Positions 20,644-31,895 of a DNA stretch of 64,000 nt are shown piece after piece. The notes below the pieces were generated by a model that was given only the letters and a program-made list of their open reading frames with translations, was not told where the DNA came from and did not search any database. This stretch comes from Gammaproteobacteria bacterium. Lineage in GTDB: Bacteria > Pseudomonadota > Gammaproteobacteria > CBDBNL01 > JAAOII01. A program made the position numbers and the translations under genes. Numbering within the stretch: the first letter of the stretch is position 1; each line of letters starts with the position of its first letter. The stretch lies in contig OZ242372.1 of the NCBI GenBank assembly GCA_965209035.1, forward strand, positions 1,824,001 to 1,888,000, read 5' to 3'.

Positions 20644-20995
20644 CGCTTCGCTTGAGACCAACGGACCGATCTCCTTTATTATTCATTTGATTCCATTTCT
20701 TGTTTTGGCCTGCTTTGACATGATGTCCGGGTTCGGCTGGAAAAAAACTGCGGATGAAGCAAACCGTGTAAACCACCCGACGAAGATAACCTCCAAAAAA
20801 TTCTTGCGGTATTTCTACCCGGCATTTAACTTTATTATGGGGATCTTCATTCTTTATCTGTTTTATGTATTCTTTCTTGAATTGTTCTTCTTGGTGATAC
20901 GTTAAATAGTGACAGGAAATGAGAAACCTCAAAATCCGACGGATTGCTTTGGAATTTAAATATTATCCCAAAAAATCTGCCGGAACAAGGATTAC
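20644..20995 (+). pseudogene. diverged duplicate of 3' end of DUF1353 gene plus downstream intergenic DNA (direct repeat copy 2)
   Basis: ORF 20687-20905 IPFLVLACF...KKTADEAN...YFYPAFNFIMG parallels C-terminus of 14733-15662. Confidence 0.8.
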
Positions 20996-21221
20996 TCTTT
21001 CTCATTGAATTAAAATAGTTTTATGCGAAATATTTTTGCCCGTGCAGTATTTACGAAAAACGCTGGAAACACGCCGGAAAAACATCGGCCGAACAAATAT
21101 CAAAGGAGACAGCCTGGTTTTATGTGTTACTGCCTTGAGAATTCCAAAATGTTGTTTCGGACCCGGTCAGGACGAACGACTACCGGCAATATCTTAACAA
21201 GACTGCTTTGCGGACGATAGC

Positions 21222-22073
21222 ATGACAACCTCTTCGCAAATCGTTTATCTTAATGGCGAATATCTCCCTTTGGAGTCGGCGCATATTAGCCCCTTGGACC
21301 GGGGGTTTTTGTTCGGGGACGGTGTCTATGAAGTTGCCAAGTATTGCCGGGGAAACCCGTTTTACTATGCGGCACATTTGGCACGCCTGCACAAGAGTCT
21401 TGCGGGGCTGCGTATTCCCGCTCCCGCGGAAACCGATTTTCTGACACTTGGTCAAAAACTTCTAAAAGAAAACGGTTTATTGGAAACAGATGCTCTGGTC
21501 TACTTGCAGATTACGCGCGGCACCTATGCAAAACGCAGCCATGAATTTCCGGTGGGGGAGTGCAAACCCACAGTATTTGCGATGGCATCGCCGGCCCCGC
21601 CGCGGGACGAAAAGGGCATTAAGTTGACCAGTGCCGATGATCTGCGATGGGATCTGTGTCGTTTTAAGACAGTGAATCTGCTGGGCAATGTTCTTGCCCG
21701 TCAGGATGCGGCGGAAGCCGGCGCACAGGAAGTTGTTTTAATTCGGGACGGAAAAGTGACCGAGTGTTCGTCTTCCGCTTTGGCGATTGTCCGAGACGGC
21801 GAGGTGATCACCCACCCGCCGGCCGATTACATTCTCCCCAGTGTTAGCATCCTTGCCTTACGGGACATCTGCGGTCAAGAAAAGGTCCCCTATGCGGAGC
21901 GTCCTTTCGGGCCGGAAGAAATATTCTCGGCGGACGAGGTTTTGGTTCTTAGCAGTGCTTTTGATATTCGCCATGCGGTGATGCTGGACGGGAAGTCGGT
22001 CGGCAAGGGTGAGGCAGTATGCTACCGGAAGTTCAGAAAGGCGTTTGACGATCTGCTGGCAGTTACGAATTAA
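21222..22073 (+). CDS. dat: class IV aminotransferase, D-amino-acid transaminase-like
   Basis: DRGFLFGDGVYEV, VYLQITRG, RW...FKTVNLLGNVL, VTECSSS. Confidence 0.8.
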   Translation: MTTSSQIVYLNGEYLPLESAHISPLDRGFLFGDGVYEVAKYCRGNPFYYAAHLARLHKSLAGLRIPAPAETDFLTLGQKLLKENGLLETDALVYLQITRGTYAKRSHEFPVGECKPTVFAMASPAPPRDEKGIKLTSADDLRWDLCRFKTVNLLGNVLARQDAAEAGAQEVVLIRDGKVTECSSSALAIVRDGEVITHPPADYILPSVSILALRDICGQEKVPYAERPFGPEEIFSADEVLVLSSAFDIRHAVMLDGKSVGKGEAVCYRKFRKAFDDLLAVTN

Positions 22074-22080
22074 CGAAAAA

Positions 22081-22154
22081 TGGGTCGTATAGGACTTGAA
22101 CCTATAACCAACTGGTTAAGAGCCAGCTGCTCTGCCAAATTGAGCTAACGACCC
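22081..22154 (-). tRNA. tRNA-Lys(CTT)
   Basis: reverse complement GGGTCGTTAGCTCAATTTGGCAGAGCAGCTGG-CT-CTT-AA-CCAGTTGGTTATAGGTTCAAGTCCTATACGACCCA. Confidence 0.95.
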
Positions 22155-22197
22155 TCGCATCCGTAAAACTTGTAAAAACAATAAAAGATTTCAAATA

Positions 22198-22270
22198 TGG
22201 GTCGTGCAGGATTCGAACCTGCGACCAATTGGTTAAAAGCCAACTGCTCTACCGGCTGAGCTAACGACCC
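22198..22270 (-). tRNA. tRNA-Lys(TTT)
   Basis: reverse complement GGGTCGTTAGCTCAGCCGGTAGAGCAGTTGG-CT-TTT-AA-CCAATTGGTCGCAGGTTCGAATCCTGCACGACCCA. Confidence 0.96.
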
Positions 22271-22517
22271 GCAACCGTTTCTTTTTTCCTTTTTCTTTTT
22301 ATTGTATGACAAAAGGATTGCTCCGTGCGGGTGTTGTGTGAGTTATATTTTGTTTGGCGGATCTTTTAACGCGCTTGCGACTAACCCGGACCAACCCGGA
22401 CAAAATCCAAGCACAAAATAGTTTTTCATTATTCCGGATTCCGGTCAAGCACGGGAATACCGGGAATATTGGAATGCCGCCTAGACTATTACGGGATTGT
22501 TAAGGTTGCCCGGGATG

Positions 22518-22979
22518 CTAAGAACTTGCTCTTGTTTCCAAAATAAAAGTTACCGGCCCGCTATTAACCGAAGAAACCTCCATCATAGCCCCGAACTTAC
22601 CGCAGGCTACCCTTGCCCCGCTTGCCCCGTGCTTCTTTTGTGCCAGGTTCACAAGATGGTCAAACAACGGCTCGGCTTTTGAGTGAGATGCCACATTTGA
22701 AAAATCGCCTTTATTGCCTTTGCGTGTGTTGGCCGCCAAAGTAAACTGCGGGACCAACAATAATTCTCCTTTGGTATCCTTCAATCCGTATTCCATTCGC
22801 TGTTCCTGATCCGGGAAAATACGGTAACCGAGTATGCGCTCAAGCAATCGCTCCGCCTCAACCGCCGTATCTTCTTTTTCTATCCCGATCAGGGCAAGAA
22901 CACCCTCGCCGATCTGCGCGCAAAGAGAACCGTTGATATGAACCTGTGCCTGCGAGACGCGTGTGATGACGCACTTCAT
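22518..22979 (-). CDS. dtd: D-aminoacyl-tRNA deacylase
   Basis: MKCVITRVSQAQV, LLVPQFTL, GKFGAMMEV..NSGPVT. Confidence 0.92.
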   Translation of the reverse strand: MKCVITRVSQAQVHINGSLCAQIGEGVLALIGIEKEDTAVEAERLLERILGYRIFPDQEQRMEYGLKDTKGELLLVPQFTLAANTRKGNKGDFSNVASHSKAEPLFDHLVNLAQKKHGASGARVACGKFGAMMEVSSVNSGPVTFILETRASS

Positions 22980-22983
22980 ATGA

Positions 22984-23826
22984 TCATTTTTTGCGGGCAA
23001 AGAAACGCGCTTCCAGACCGCGCGCTCTGCCGGCAAGATCGCGAATCACCGAAAGACGAGTGTAACCGAGTGCCTGCGCGATACTGCGTACTCGCTCCGC
23101 TTGATTGTACCCGTGTTCCAAAATCACTCTGCCGTCTCGGACCAAGTAAGCAGGCGCCGATTGCAGAATCTGCCGAATGCATTCCAGCCCGTCACCTCCC
23201 CCAAATAATGCTCGGCGCGGCTCGTGTCTGAGATAGGGACGGGTAAGGTACGCATCGGCGGCAACATAGGGAGGGTTTGAGAGAATCACATGATACTTGG
23301 CGGAAGAATAGGGCGGAACGCATTCAAACAGGTCGCCGTGCAGAAACCGGACAGACGACAGTCCCAGCCTGTTTGCATTGCGTTTGGCAAGGCACAACGC
23401 CGACCTGCTAATATCCGTTGCGGTGATACGCCAGTCTTTGCGCGCCCGGGCAATACTCAACGCGAGAACGCCGCTGCCTGTGCCGATTTCCAACAACTTA
23501 CGGTGATGTCCCGTATCCTCCAACACTCGGTCAATCAGGCATTCGCTGTCGTTGCGGGGTGCCAACACATTTGTATCGCAGATATAATCATCCCGATAAA
23601 ACTGCCAACTTCCCAGAATATATGCCAGTGGTTCGCCGCGACTGCGGCGAGCGAGGGCATCTTGCAGTTTTCGGTCTTCCCCGGGTGTCAAAGTGTGTTC
23701 GCCGCGGGTGATTAACTGAGCGATGCTCATTTTGCGAATGAATGCGGTCAACAGCAAGGTTTCCCTTTTTTGTTCGGCGGGCGATAAAAAATCCGGGTTA
23801 TTTTTCAATATGTTCAATATGTTCAA
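22984..23826 (-). CDS. prmC: release factor glutamine methyltransferase (HemK)
   Basis: RGEPLAYILG, VLAPRNDSE, EIGTGSG, SNPPY, EHGYNQ. Confidence 0.92.
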   Translation of the reverse strand: MNILNILKNNPDFLSPAEQKRETLLLTAFIRKMSIAQLITRGEHTLTPGEDRKLQDALARRSRGEPLAYILGSWQFYRDDYICDTNVLAPRNDSECLIDRVLEDTGHHRKLLEIGTGSGVLALSIARARKDWRITATDISRSALCLAKRNANRLGLSSVRFLHGDLFECVPPYSSAKYHVILSNPPYVAADAYLTRPYLRHEPRRALFGGGDGLECIRQILQSAPAYLVRDGRVILEHGYNQAERVRSIAQALGYTRLSVIRDLAGRARGLEARFFARKK

Positions 23827-23930
23827 TGTGTAAACGCCCGTTCTTTTGGCAAGATCGGGGAACGAGTTGGGTCGGGGTGCCGGCGAGACGGCCTACCGTG
23901 CCTCCCGCGCTTGGCGTCACCTGGGTGCAA

Positions 23931-24680
23931 TCAGAGTCCGTCGCTCTCCGCGGTTATTTTGTGTAACCCAATACCTTGTTGGTTCATTTTGATGTAAGAA
24001 AACGCGCCGTTGGGTTGACGGCAGCCGGCGTTTAAGATCTCCCTTTGCCGGTCCCGAACAAGAACTTGTTTGTGTTCCGCAATATGGGTATGCCCGTAAA
24101 TTAAAACATCACAATTGGTTTTGGCAAGATAACGCAGAAGCTCGTCTGCGGAAGCCCGCATGGATTCCTCGCTCTGTTCCGACTTGTGCTTCTTACTTTC
24201 CGCAAAAAACTGCTCCCCAAGTGCTATGCGTTGTTCCGGCGGAAGTTTTAAGATTTCTTTTTGAAAATCGGGATTTCTGGATTTTGCCCGCGCGGACAAA
24301 CTGCCCGGATCATTGATGCAAAAGATTTCACCGTGATCCAAGAATACTTTTTTACCGTGCAGGCTGACAATCGTTTCTTCCTTTAACAGAGAACAGCCGG
24401 TTTGTGCTGCAAACTCTTTGCCGACAAGAAAATCACGGTTCCCGTGTTGAAAGAACAATTTGCATCCCAGATCGCTCATTCTTTTGAGAGACTGAATCGT
24501 TTTTGTCCACTTAAAAAGGAAGTCGTCCCCCAACCAGGCATCAAAAAGGTCGCCAAGAATAAAGAGCCGTACCTTTTTTGATTCCAAGGAAGCACAGAAA
24601 CGGAAAAAAGGGCGGTTGACAGGATCCGCATCCTCTCGCAGATGCAGGTCCGATATAAAGTAAGCGGTTGCCCCGTTCAT
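23931..24680 (-). CDS. lpxH: UDP-2,3-diacylglucosamine diphosphatase
   Basis: FISDLHL, ILGDLFDAWLGDD, HGNRDFL, YGHTH. Confidence 0.88.
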   Translation of the reverse strand: MNGATAYFISDLHLREDADPVNRPFFRFCASLESKKVRLFILGDLFDAWLGDDFLFKWTKTIQSLKRMSDLGCKLFFQHGNRDFLVGKEFAAQTGCSLLKEETIVSLHGKKVFLDHGEIFCINDPGSLSARAKSRNPDFQKEILKLPPEQRIALGEQFFAESKKHKSEQSEESMRASADELLRYLAKTNCDVLIYGHTHIAEHKQVLVRDRQREILNAGCRQPNGAFSYIKMNQQGIGLHKITAESDGL

Positions 24681-24681
24681 T

Positions 24682-25398
24682 CTAGCGCATCCCGGTTCTT
24701 TCCAGTTCTTCCATAAACTGAGCGTGAAGTTTTTGTTCTTCGGCATCGGGAGGCGTCGTCTTAAACGGCCCCAAGGATGCGATATCTTGCATAGAGACGG
24801 TCGGACTACTTTTGGAGGCGCTGCTGCTTTTGTTATCCCGAATTAAATCTCCCTGACGGGTCATTAAGTGGATGTAAACATAGGCGAGAAGTTTGGCGTC
24901 AATTAAGGCACCGTGCCGTTCTTCTCGCACTTTGGTATCAATGCCGAAGCGTTCAATCAATGCATCCAGACTATTGGATTGGCCGGGAAATCGCCGCCGT
25001 GCCAACTCCAGCGTGTCCTCAATTTCGGCACACAATTTTTTGACGGGGGTGAACTCCGTCCCGTCTTTTGCTCCTCTTCTTTGCATCGCCAGGGCAAATT
25101 CGTAGTTCAAATAGTAAGTATCAAAAGGGGCATTATGAATGATTGCCTTGCTCCCGCCCAAAAAATCGCGAATCTCTTTGGCCTTATCGGCAAACAAGGG
25201 CTTGTCGCGCAAGAACTCGTTGCTGAGTTTATGCACCCGCAGCGCGCCCGCATGCACGGCCTGTTGCGGATTGAAGAAATAATGCAGTTCGTTCACCTCG
25301 TTACCGCGGTCATCAATTTCAACCAGACCGATCTCTACGATGCGATCGCCTTTTTCTTTGCCGGTCGTTTCCGTATCCAAAACAACTTTGCGCATCAT
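24682..25398 (-). CDS. dnaQ: DNA polymerase III epsilon subunit
   Basis: VLDTETTG, HNAPFD, NSLDAL, HGALIDA. Confidence 0.93.
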   Translation of the reverse strand: MMRKVVLDTETTGKEKGDRIVEIGLVEIDDRGNEVNELHYFFNPQQAVHAGALRVHKLSNEFLRDKPLFADKAKEIRDFLGGSKAIIHNAPFDTYYLNYEFALAMQRRGAKDGTEFTPVKKLCAEIEDTLELARRRFPGQSNSLDALIERFGIDTKVREERHGALIDAKLLAYVYIHLMTRQGDLIRDNKSSSASKSSPTVSMQDIASLGPFKTTPPDAEEQKLHAQFMEELERTGMR

Positions 25399-25489
25399 CT
25401 GTTAATTGTGTCGGGTTAACCCGGATTGCGGAGCATACAAGTGATGCGTGGCTCGCATGATCCGGATTCTCGGACAGAAATGGCAAGTA

Positions 25490-25918
25490 TTATTTGTAAT
25501 CTTCCAAGGCAAGGCGTGCCAGGCGATCTGCCTCCGTATTGTGCGGATGGCCGCTATGTCCTTTGACCCACCGCCAACGCACTATGCGTTTCTTGCTTGC
25601 TTCAAGCAGGGCTTCCCAAAGTTCCCGGTTTTTAACTTCTTTTTTGCCGGCGGTCTGCCAATTCCTTTTTTGCCATGCGGCAAGCCATTTGCTCATACCA
25701 AGTTGGACATATTGCGAGTCGGTAAAGACAGTCGTTTCTTGTCCTTCGTGCAAACAGCGTAACGCATTGATAACCGCCAGTAATTCCATTCGGTTGTTTG
25801 TGGTCTGTCGCTCTCCGCCGGAAATACTTCTTTGTTGACCGGCTTCTATGATGACAGCCGCCCAGCCGCCGGGACCCGGATTGCCCGAACAGGCACCGTC
25901 CGTATAAATACTAATCAT
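25490..25918 (-). CDS. rnhA: ribonuclease HI
   Basis: YTDGACSGNPGPGG, TTNNRMEL, TDSQYV, WVKGHSGHPHN. Confidence 0.96.
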   Translation of the reverse strand: MISIYTDGACSGNPGPGGWAAVIIEAGQQRSISGGERQTTNNRMELLAVINALRCLHEGQETTVFTDSQYVQLGMSKWLAAWQKRNWQTAGKKEVKNRELWEALLEASKKRIVRWRWVKGHSGHPHNTEADRLARLALEDYK

Positions 25919-26215
25919 GTTTTTATTATATCTTTTATTATATTAATGTTCCGACAGAGGCGGGGTGACTTTACCGCCTTTAAGGGAAGGGTATGATTCC
26001 GGCGGGAGCTCGGCGGTGTGCCAACTGCAAGACAACGCGAATTACCCGGCAGTGCGTGCCGATGCGGAAGACATCATGTATTTGTTTATAAAAAAATTAC
26101 AACAAAACGTGCCGGTGAATATGCTTTTGGTGAAACTTCAAAAATGGATTGGGTATGATCCCGGCCAAGAAAAAATTCTTCGTCACAAGAATCGCGGACC
26201 TATCGCGATCCTGTC

Positions 26216-27034
26216 TCAAAACATCTTGCGGATCATTTCCATATAAGCGGCATCGTCCGTGCTTGCCCTTGCCGATAGCATTTTCTCCGCATCCTTGCCC
26301 GAAACATATCTCAGTTGGTCGGTCCCGTCCGTCGCCGCCGTATGGATGACTTCGGCAACCTCTTCGGGTGTGCCTCTTCCTTTCGCATGCTCCGGGTTTG
26401 TCCAAAATTGTTGCATCTTCTCAACCAAAGCATCGTATTCGGCTGCCAACCCGGGCTGGTATTGGAAGTCCAAGGAGCGTGTCCCAAAATCCGTTGAAAC
26501 GCCGCCCGGTTCCACAATCTTTAACTTCACCCCAAACGGTGCCAGTTCGTAAGAGAGCGATTCCGAAAATCCTTCCACGGCAAACTTGGTCGCGTGATAC
26601 AAAGGCAACAGAGGAAAAGTGACCTTGCCGCCCATGGACGAAATATTGACAAAGACACCGCTCCTGTTTTTTCTAAAGTGCGGGAGAACTGCTTGAGTGA
26701 CATCTATGAGCCCGGTAACATTGACCGCAAACTGACGCTCGATGCTCTCTTTGGATGCGGATTCAAAAACACCGGCAACCGCATAGCCGGCATTGTTCAC
26801 CACCACATCCATCTTCCCGAACTTCTCAATCGCCAGATTAACACTCCTTCTGATAGAATCCGCATCGGTGACATCCAAGCGGAGGACAAGAACATTTTCC
26901 AAGGAATTAAGTTCGTCCTCTTTTTCGGGGTTGCGCATAGTGGCGACAACATTCCACCCCTTGTTGTGAAAGAACTTCGCCGTGGCTTTGCCAATGCCGC
27001 TGCTTGTTCCCGTAATTAATACTGTTTGTTTCAT
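26216..27034 (-). CDS. short-chain dehydrogenase/reductase
   Basis: ITGTSSGIG, NNAG, YHATK. Confidence 0.9.
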   Translation of the reverse strand: MKQTVLITGTSSGIGKATAKFFHNKGWNVVATMRNPEKEDELNSLENVLVLRLDVTDADSIRRSVNLAIEKFGKMDVVVNNAGYAVAGVFESASKESIERQFAVNVTGLIDVTQAVLPHFRKNRSGVFVNISSMGGKVTFPLLPLYHATKFAVEGFSESLSYELAPFGVKLKIVEPGGVSTDFGTRSLDFQYQPGLAAEYDALVEKMQQFWTNPEHAKGRGTPEEVAEVIHTAATDGTDQLRYVSGKDAEKMLSARASTDDAAYMEMIRKMF

Positions 27035-27263
27035 AATGCTTCTATTGTAAGACCCCGCATAAAACCTTCCAAAACTGTAAAAACCTTGTTTTTCATCTCA
27101 TCGCTAATTTTTAAATTAATGAAATGATGCCAAAATTTAAGAAAACCGGAGTTATTTGTAAGTATAATTTTACAAATGATTTCTATCGGTAAAGAAAACT
27201 TCGCTTCTTTCAGTTTCGGCTTTGGCTTTTTTATAGCCGAATGGTTGCGACTAATTTCCATTA

Positions 27264-27294
27264 CCCCCCCCCCCCCCCTCACACACAGACACTT
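27264..27294 (+). repeat. C15 homopolymer followed by TCACACACAGACAC in divergent intergenic region
   Basis: read directly; context resembles the tract at 17581. Confidence 0.9.
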
Positions 27295-27749
27295 CTTAGA
27301 AGTTCTCAATATAATCTATTAGCACAATTTTTGCCGCTCACTTTTGGCGGCTCTTTGTGTTTATCTTTTTATTCGTCTTGGTTGCGGATATCCGCAACGG
27401 ATAAAAAATTCTGTTTTTACTTTATTAGAGACAGATTTCCGCAATCACATGACTTGCCAGTTTCTAGTCTTGAAACGGGGGAGAACAAAAACAATCGGTT
27501 TATTCATTTTTTATTGTGTGCCGGGGAAACCCCGGTGCGGCGTAATTTTCTTTTGTAACTCCAACTTACTTGAAAATATCTTGTCAATAAAAAACAAAAT
27601 TAAATTTTAAGAGCATTATCCGGCGAATCGAAGTCTAAATCGAAGTCTATTAAATCTATGTCTGAAGGTCGTTACGGATATGCGGGTTACTCTATTACCC
27701 ATGCTCGCATAAATATACTATTAAAATAAAAAAATAAAAAAATAAAATT

Positions 27750-28385
27750 ATGAAAAAAATATTAATACTTGTTACAGTCTGGCTCGGTTTGAGCTTTGGC
27801 TTGATATTCAACGCCCATGCGGCCGGTCGGATCAATGTGATGCTTTCCGGCGGTCCTTTGCAGTCTTTTGAATACAAAGATAAAGAGACGGAGCCGGATA
27901 GTGAGAGCGGCTTTGGCCTTGTTTTTGATTACATCTTTCCGGGAGGGCATGCCATCGCTGTGGATTATTATAGTTTTACTGAAGTCCAAGAAATAAATGA
28001 TAGTGATGTGACCGATGAATACTCGGGGGTGTTTTTAGGCTACCGCCATCATTTCCCATTCGGGTTTTACTTGGGAGGAGGTGTTATCTTACTTGACTCT
28101 ACCAGGACCAGATCTGATTTTCCTTTATATGATGAAGACGGTAACATAATAGGTGCAGACGATTTGGTAGGCAAATTTGAACGAGCATCGCCGATTACCG
28201 TAACCTTGGGCTATCAACATGCCTTTTCTTCCGGTTTTGCATTGGGAGCCCATTTACTCAATACATTGCCAACGACCTTGAAACTTGATACGTTAAGACA
28301 CGGAGGAGAAACAAGTGACGCCGAAGGAGAATTAGAAGATTTCAGTATCCGATCCGTCGGTTTTCTAGTGGGGTATGCCTGGTAA
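27750..28385 (+). CDS. putative outer-membrane beta-barrel protein
   Basis: signal peptide ending AHA-A, amphipathic strands (VFLGYRHHF, TLGYQHAF), C-terminal aromatic motif FLVGYAW. Confidence 0.7.
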   Translation: MKKILILVTVWLGLSFGLIFNAHAAGRINVMLSGGPLQSFEYKDKETEPDSESGFGLVFDYIFPGGHAIAVDYYSFTEVQEINDSDVTDEYSGVFLGYRHHFPFGFYLGGGVILLDSTRTRSDFPLYDEDGNIIGADDLVGKFERASPITVTLGYQHAFSSGFALGAHLLNTLPTTLKLDTLRHGGETSDAEGELEDFSIRSVGFLVGYAW

Positions 28386-28432
28386 AATTGGATGTTTAGC
28401 CGATTGATGAAAGCAAAACAGAAGCCCAAGTA

Positions 28433-28631
28433 AACCCACACATTAATTCATATTGAAGGACAGGGTACAGCAACGCCTTCTACAGGTTAGTTCAATGACA
28501 ACTGAAACAAACTGCGTTGTTTAATAACAAACGCTAAGCACAAAAAAGCAAAGTTGTAAGGGCGGCAGGGTATAAAAATTGCCGGCAAGCCCTTATAAAA
28601 TAAGGATTTAAAAGAAGTTTCCGAAGTCAAG
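28433..28631 (+). mobile_element. solo right end of an IS1634-family element
   Basis: aligns with 60642-60824 and ends in the identical terminal repeat TTTCCGAAGTCAAG (28618-28631). Confidence 0.8.
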
Positions 28632-28919
28632 AGCCTAAATCCCAAACCTTGTTTTTGCTTCGGCCATCGAGCGTTCACCATACGACCGACACTGATGAGA
28701 TTCTAAAACATTGTTTTCGCTTCGGTTATCCGGAGGTAAGAATATTGTTCCGAGATATTGTCGATATTTTTTCGGGTTTTTTCGATCTTTTCCCGCATAT
28801 GTTTTTCTTTGTTTTTTTAATTTCCCCCAATTTTTTCCTCTGTTTTTTTGCGGAGTCGTAAATTGGGTCATTCATTGATTGGATAATTTTTGGCAAAGCC
28901 CTATAATAATATTCTTGGA

Positions 28920-28992
28920 GGGGCCATAGCTCAGTTGGGAGAGCATCTGTTTTGCATACAGAAGGTCGTCGGTTCGATCCCGTCTGGCTCCA
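28920..28992 (+). tRNA. tRNA-Ala(TGC)
   Basis: GGGGCCA/TGGCTCC stem with G3.U70, anticodon arm TCTGT-TT-TGC-AT-ACAGA, GTTCGATCC. Confidence 0.96.
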
Positions 28993-29061
28993 GTCATATA
29001 GGACGGACATACCATACAATGCGTTAAATACACTTGAAATATTAAAACAAGAAAAATAAAA

Positions 29062-29283
29062 ATGAAAAAAGAAGGACATCCCGCCTACCATAAGATTACA
29101 GCCACCTGTGCTTGCGGTCCCGGTAGCAAGTATGAAATTTACTCCACATTAAAAGAGGACATCAGTTTGGAAGTTTGTGCCAAATGCCATCCTTTTTATA
29201 CGGGCAAACAAAAGATTCTTGACAAAGGAGGACGGGTGGAAAAATTCCGTCAGAGATTTGGCAAGGGACTGCTGACAAAATAA
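29062..29283 (+). CDS. rpmE: 50S ribosomal protein L31 (Zn-binding type)
   Basis: [24 protein letters not shown]. Confidence 0.96.
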   Translation: MKKEGHPAYHKITATCACGPGSKYEIYSTLKEDISLEVCAKCHPFYTGKQKILDKGGRVEKFRQRFGKGLLTK

Positions 29284-29469
29284 CAACATAACAATATAAC
29301 AATATAACAACCGGATATTTTTGCATCTTTGCCGACAATCGCCGTAACAACGATTATTGGTCGTTAACGCAGGCGGTGTTTGCGGGGTATTTGGGGAGTA
29401 TTCTTGAACTGCTTTTTAGTATTGCGGCTCGTCTGCCGGGTTTGAAATAAGAACATTGGCGGCTTTCCC

Positions 29470-30222
29470 TTGCTGAAAAACATCCGACTACTCGCTTTTT
29501 GCGGTGGGATCAGTTTTATACTGTTTGCCCCGCATGCGTTTGCTGCTTGCACCGCGGCCGGGATAGATTTTTCGGCAAAAGTTCAACGGGTGATTGACGG
29601 TGATTCCATTCGTTTGGAAGGGGGCAGAGAACTGCGAATTATTGGCATCAATGCGCCGGAATATAAGATGCCTCGGGGCACTGAAGCCCGAAAGCGTTTA
29701 AGAAACCTCATAGAAAACCGTCGTGTGTACTTGCAGATAGGCGAAGCCACTGCGGACAGGTACGGCAGAACGCTTGTCCATGTGTTTGATAAGGCGGGGA
29801 ATAATTTGGCGGAGACCCTGCTAAGAGAAGGTTACGCCTTTTATGCTTTTATCTCGCCGAATGACTATAACGCCGCTTGCTATGTGGCGGCGGAAAAGAA
29901 AGCCCGGAACGACAATCGGGGTGTTTGGAAGTTGCCATTTTATCAATTTTGGGAGGCTTCCGCCTCTAACTTGGGCACCGGATTCATGCGTCTGGCGGGA
30001 GATGTGGAAAGAGTGGAGATAGGCAAATCGGGCGGTCGGATTTTCTTGCGGGACAGCCGGGTGCAACTTTTTGTTCCTCAACAGCACTTGTCCGCATTGG
30101 GCGGCGCTCAAAAACTTCTAAACGCGAAGCGAATCGGGGTCAGAGGGTGGCTGTCCTCGCGCAACAAAGAAGTTTATTCTATGTTGATAGGGCATCCTTT
30201 AATGGTAGAATATATTTTGTAG
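29470..30222 (+). CDS. secreted thermonuclease (SNase-like)
   Basis: signal peptide; VIDGDSI, RIIGINAPE, DRYGRTL, RGVW. Confidence 0.85.
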   Translation: MLKNIRLLAFCGGISFILFAPHAFAACTAAGIDFSAKVQRVIDGDSIRLEGGRELRIIGINAPEYKMPRGTEARKRLRNLIENRRVYLQIGEATADRYGRTLVHVFDKAGNNLAETLLREGYAFYAFISPNDYNAACYVAAEKKARNDNRGVWKLPFYQFWEASASNLGTGFMRLAGDVERVEIGKSGGRIFLRDSRVQLFVPQQHLSALGGAQKLLNAKRIGVRGWLSSRNKEVYSMLIGHPLMVEYIL

Positions 30223-30349
30223 GAGGCGGATGGAGCGGTCCCGGGAGGCCCGTTCTTAGGTTCTGTTTGACTTGATTGGAACCGGGCTGAATCGGGCTGA
30301 ATCGAGGTTGGATCAGCCAAAGAGAACCGGAAAGAATTTTATTTATTAA

Positions 30350-31852
<1,503 letters not shown>

Positions 31853-31895
31853 AACAATAAAAGATTATTGAGGGAGTAAGGAAGAAGAAAGAATA

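Noticed and set aside
25965-26246. 93-aa + strand ORF between rnhA and the SDR gene
   Set aside because: No recognisable motif or RBS and it overlaps the SDR 3' end; cannot be supported
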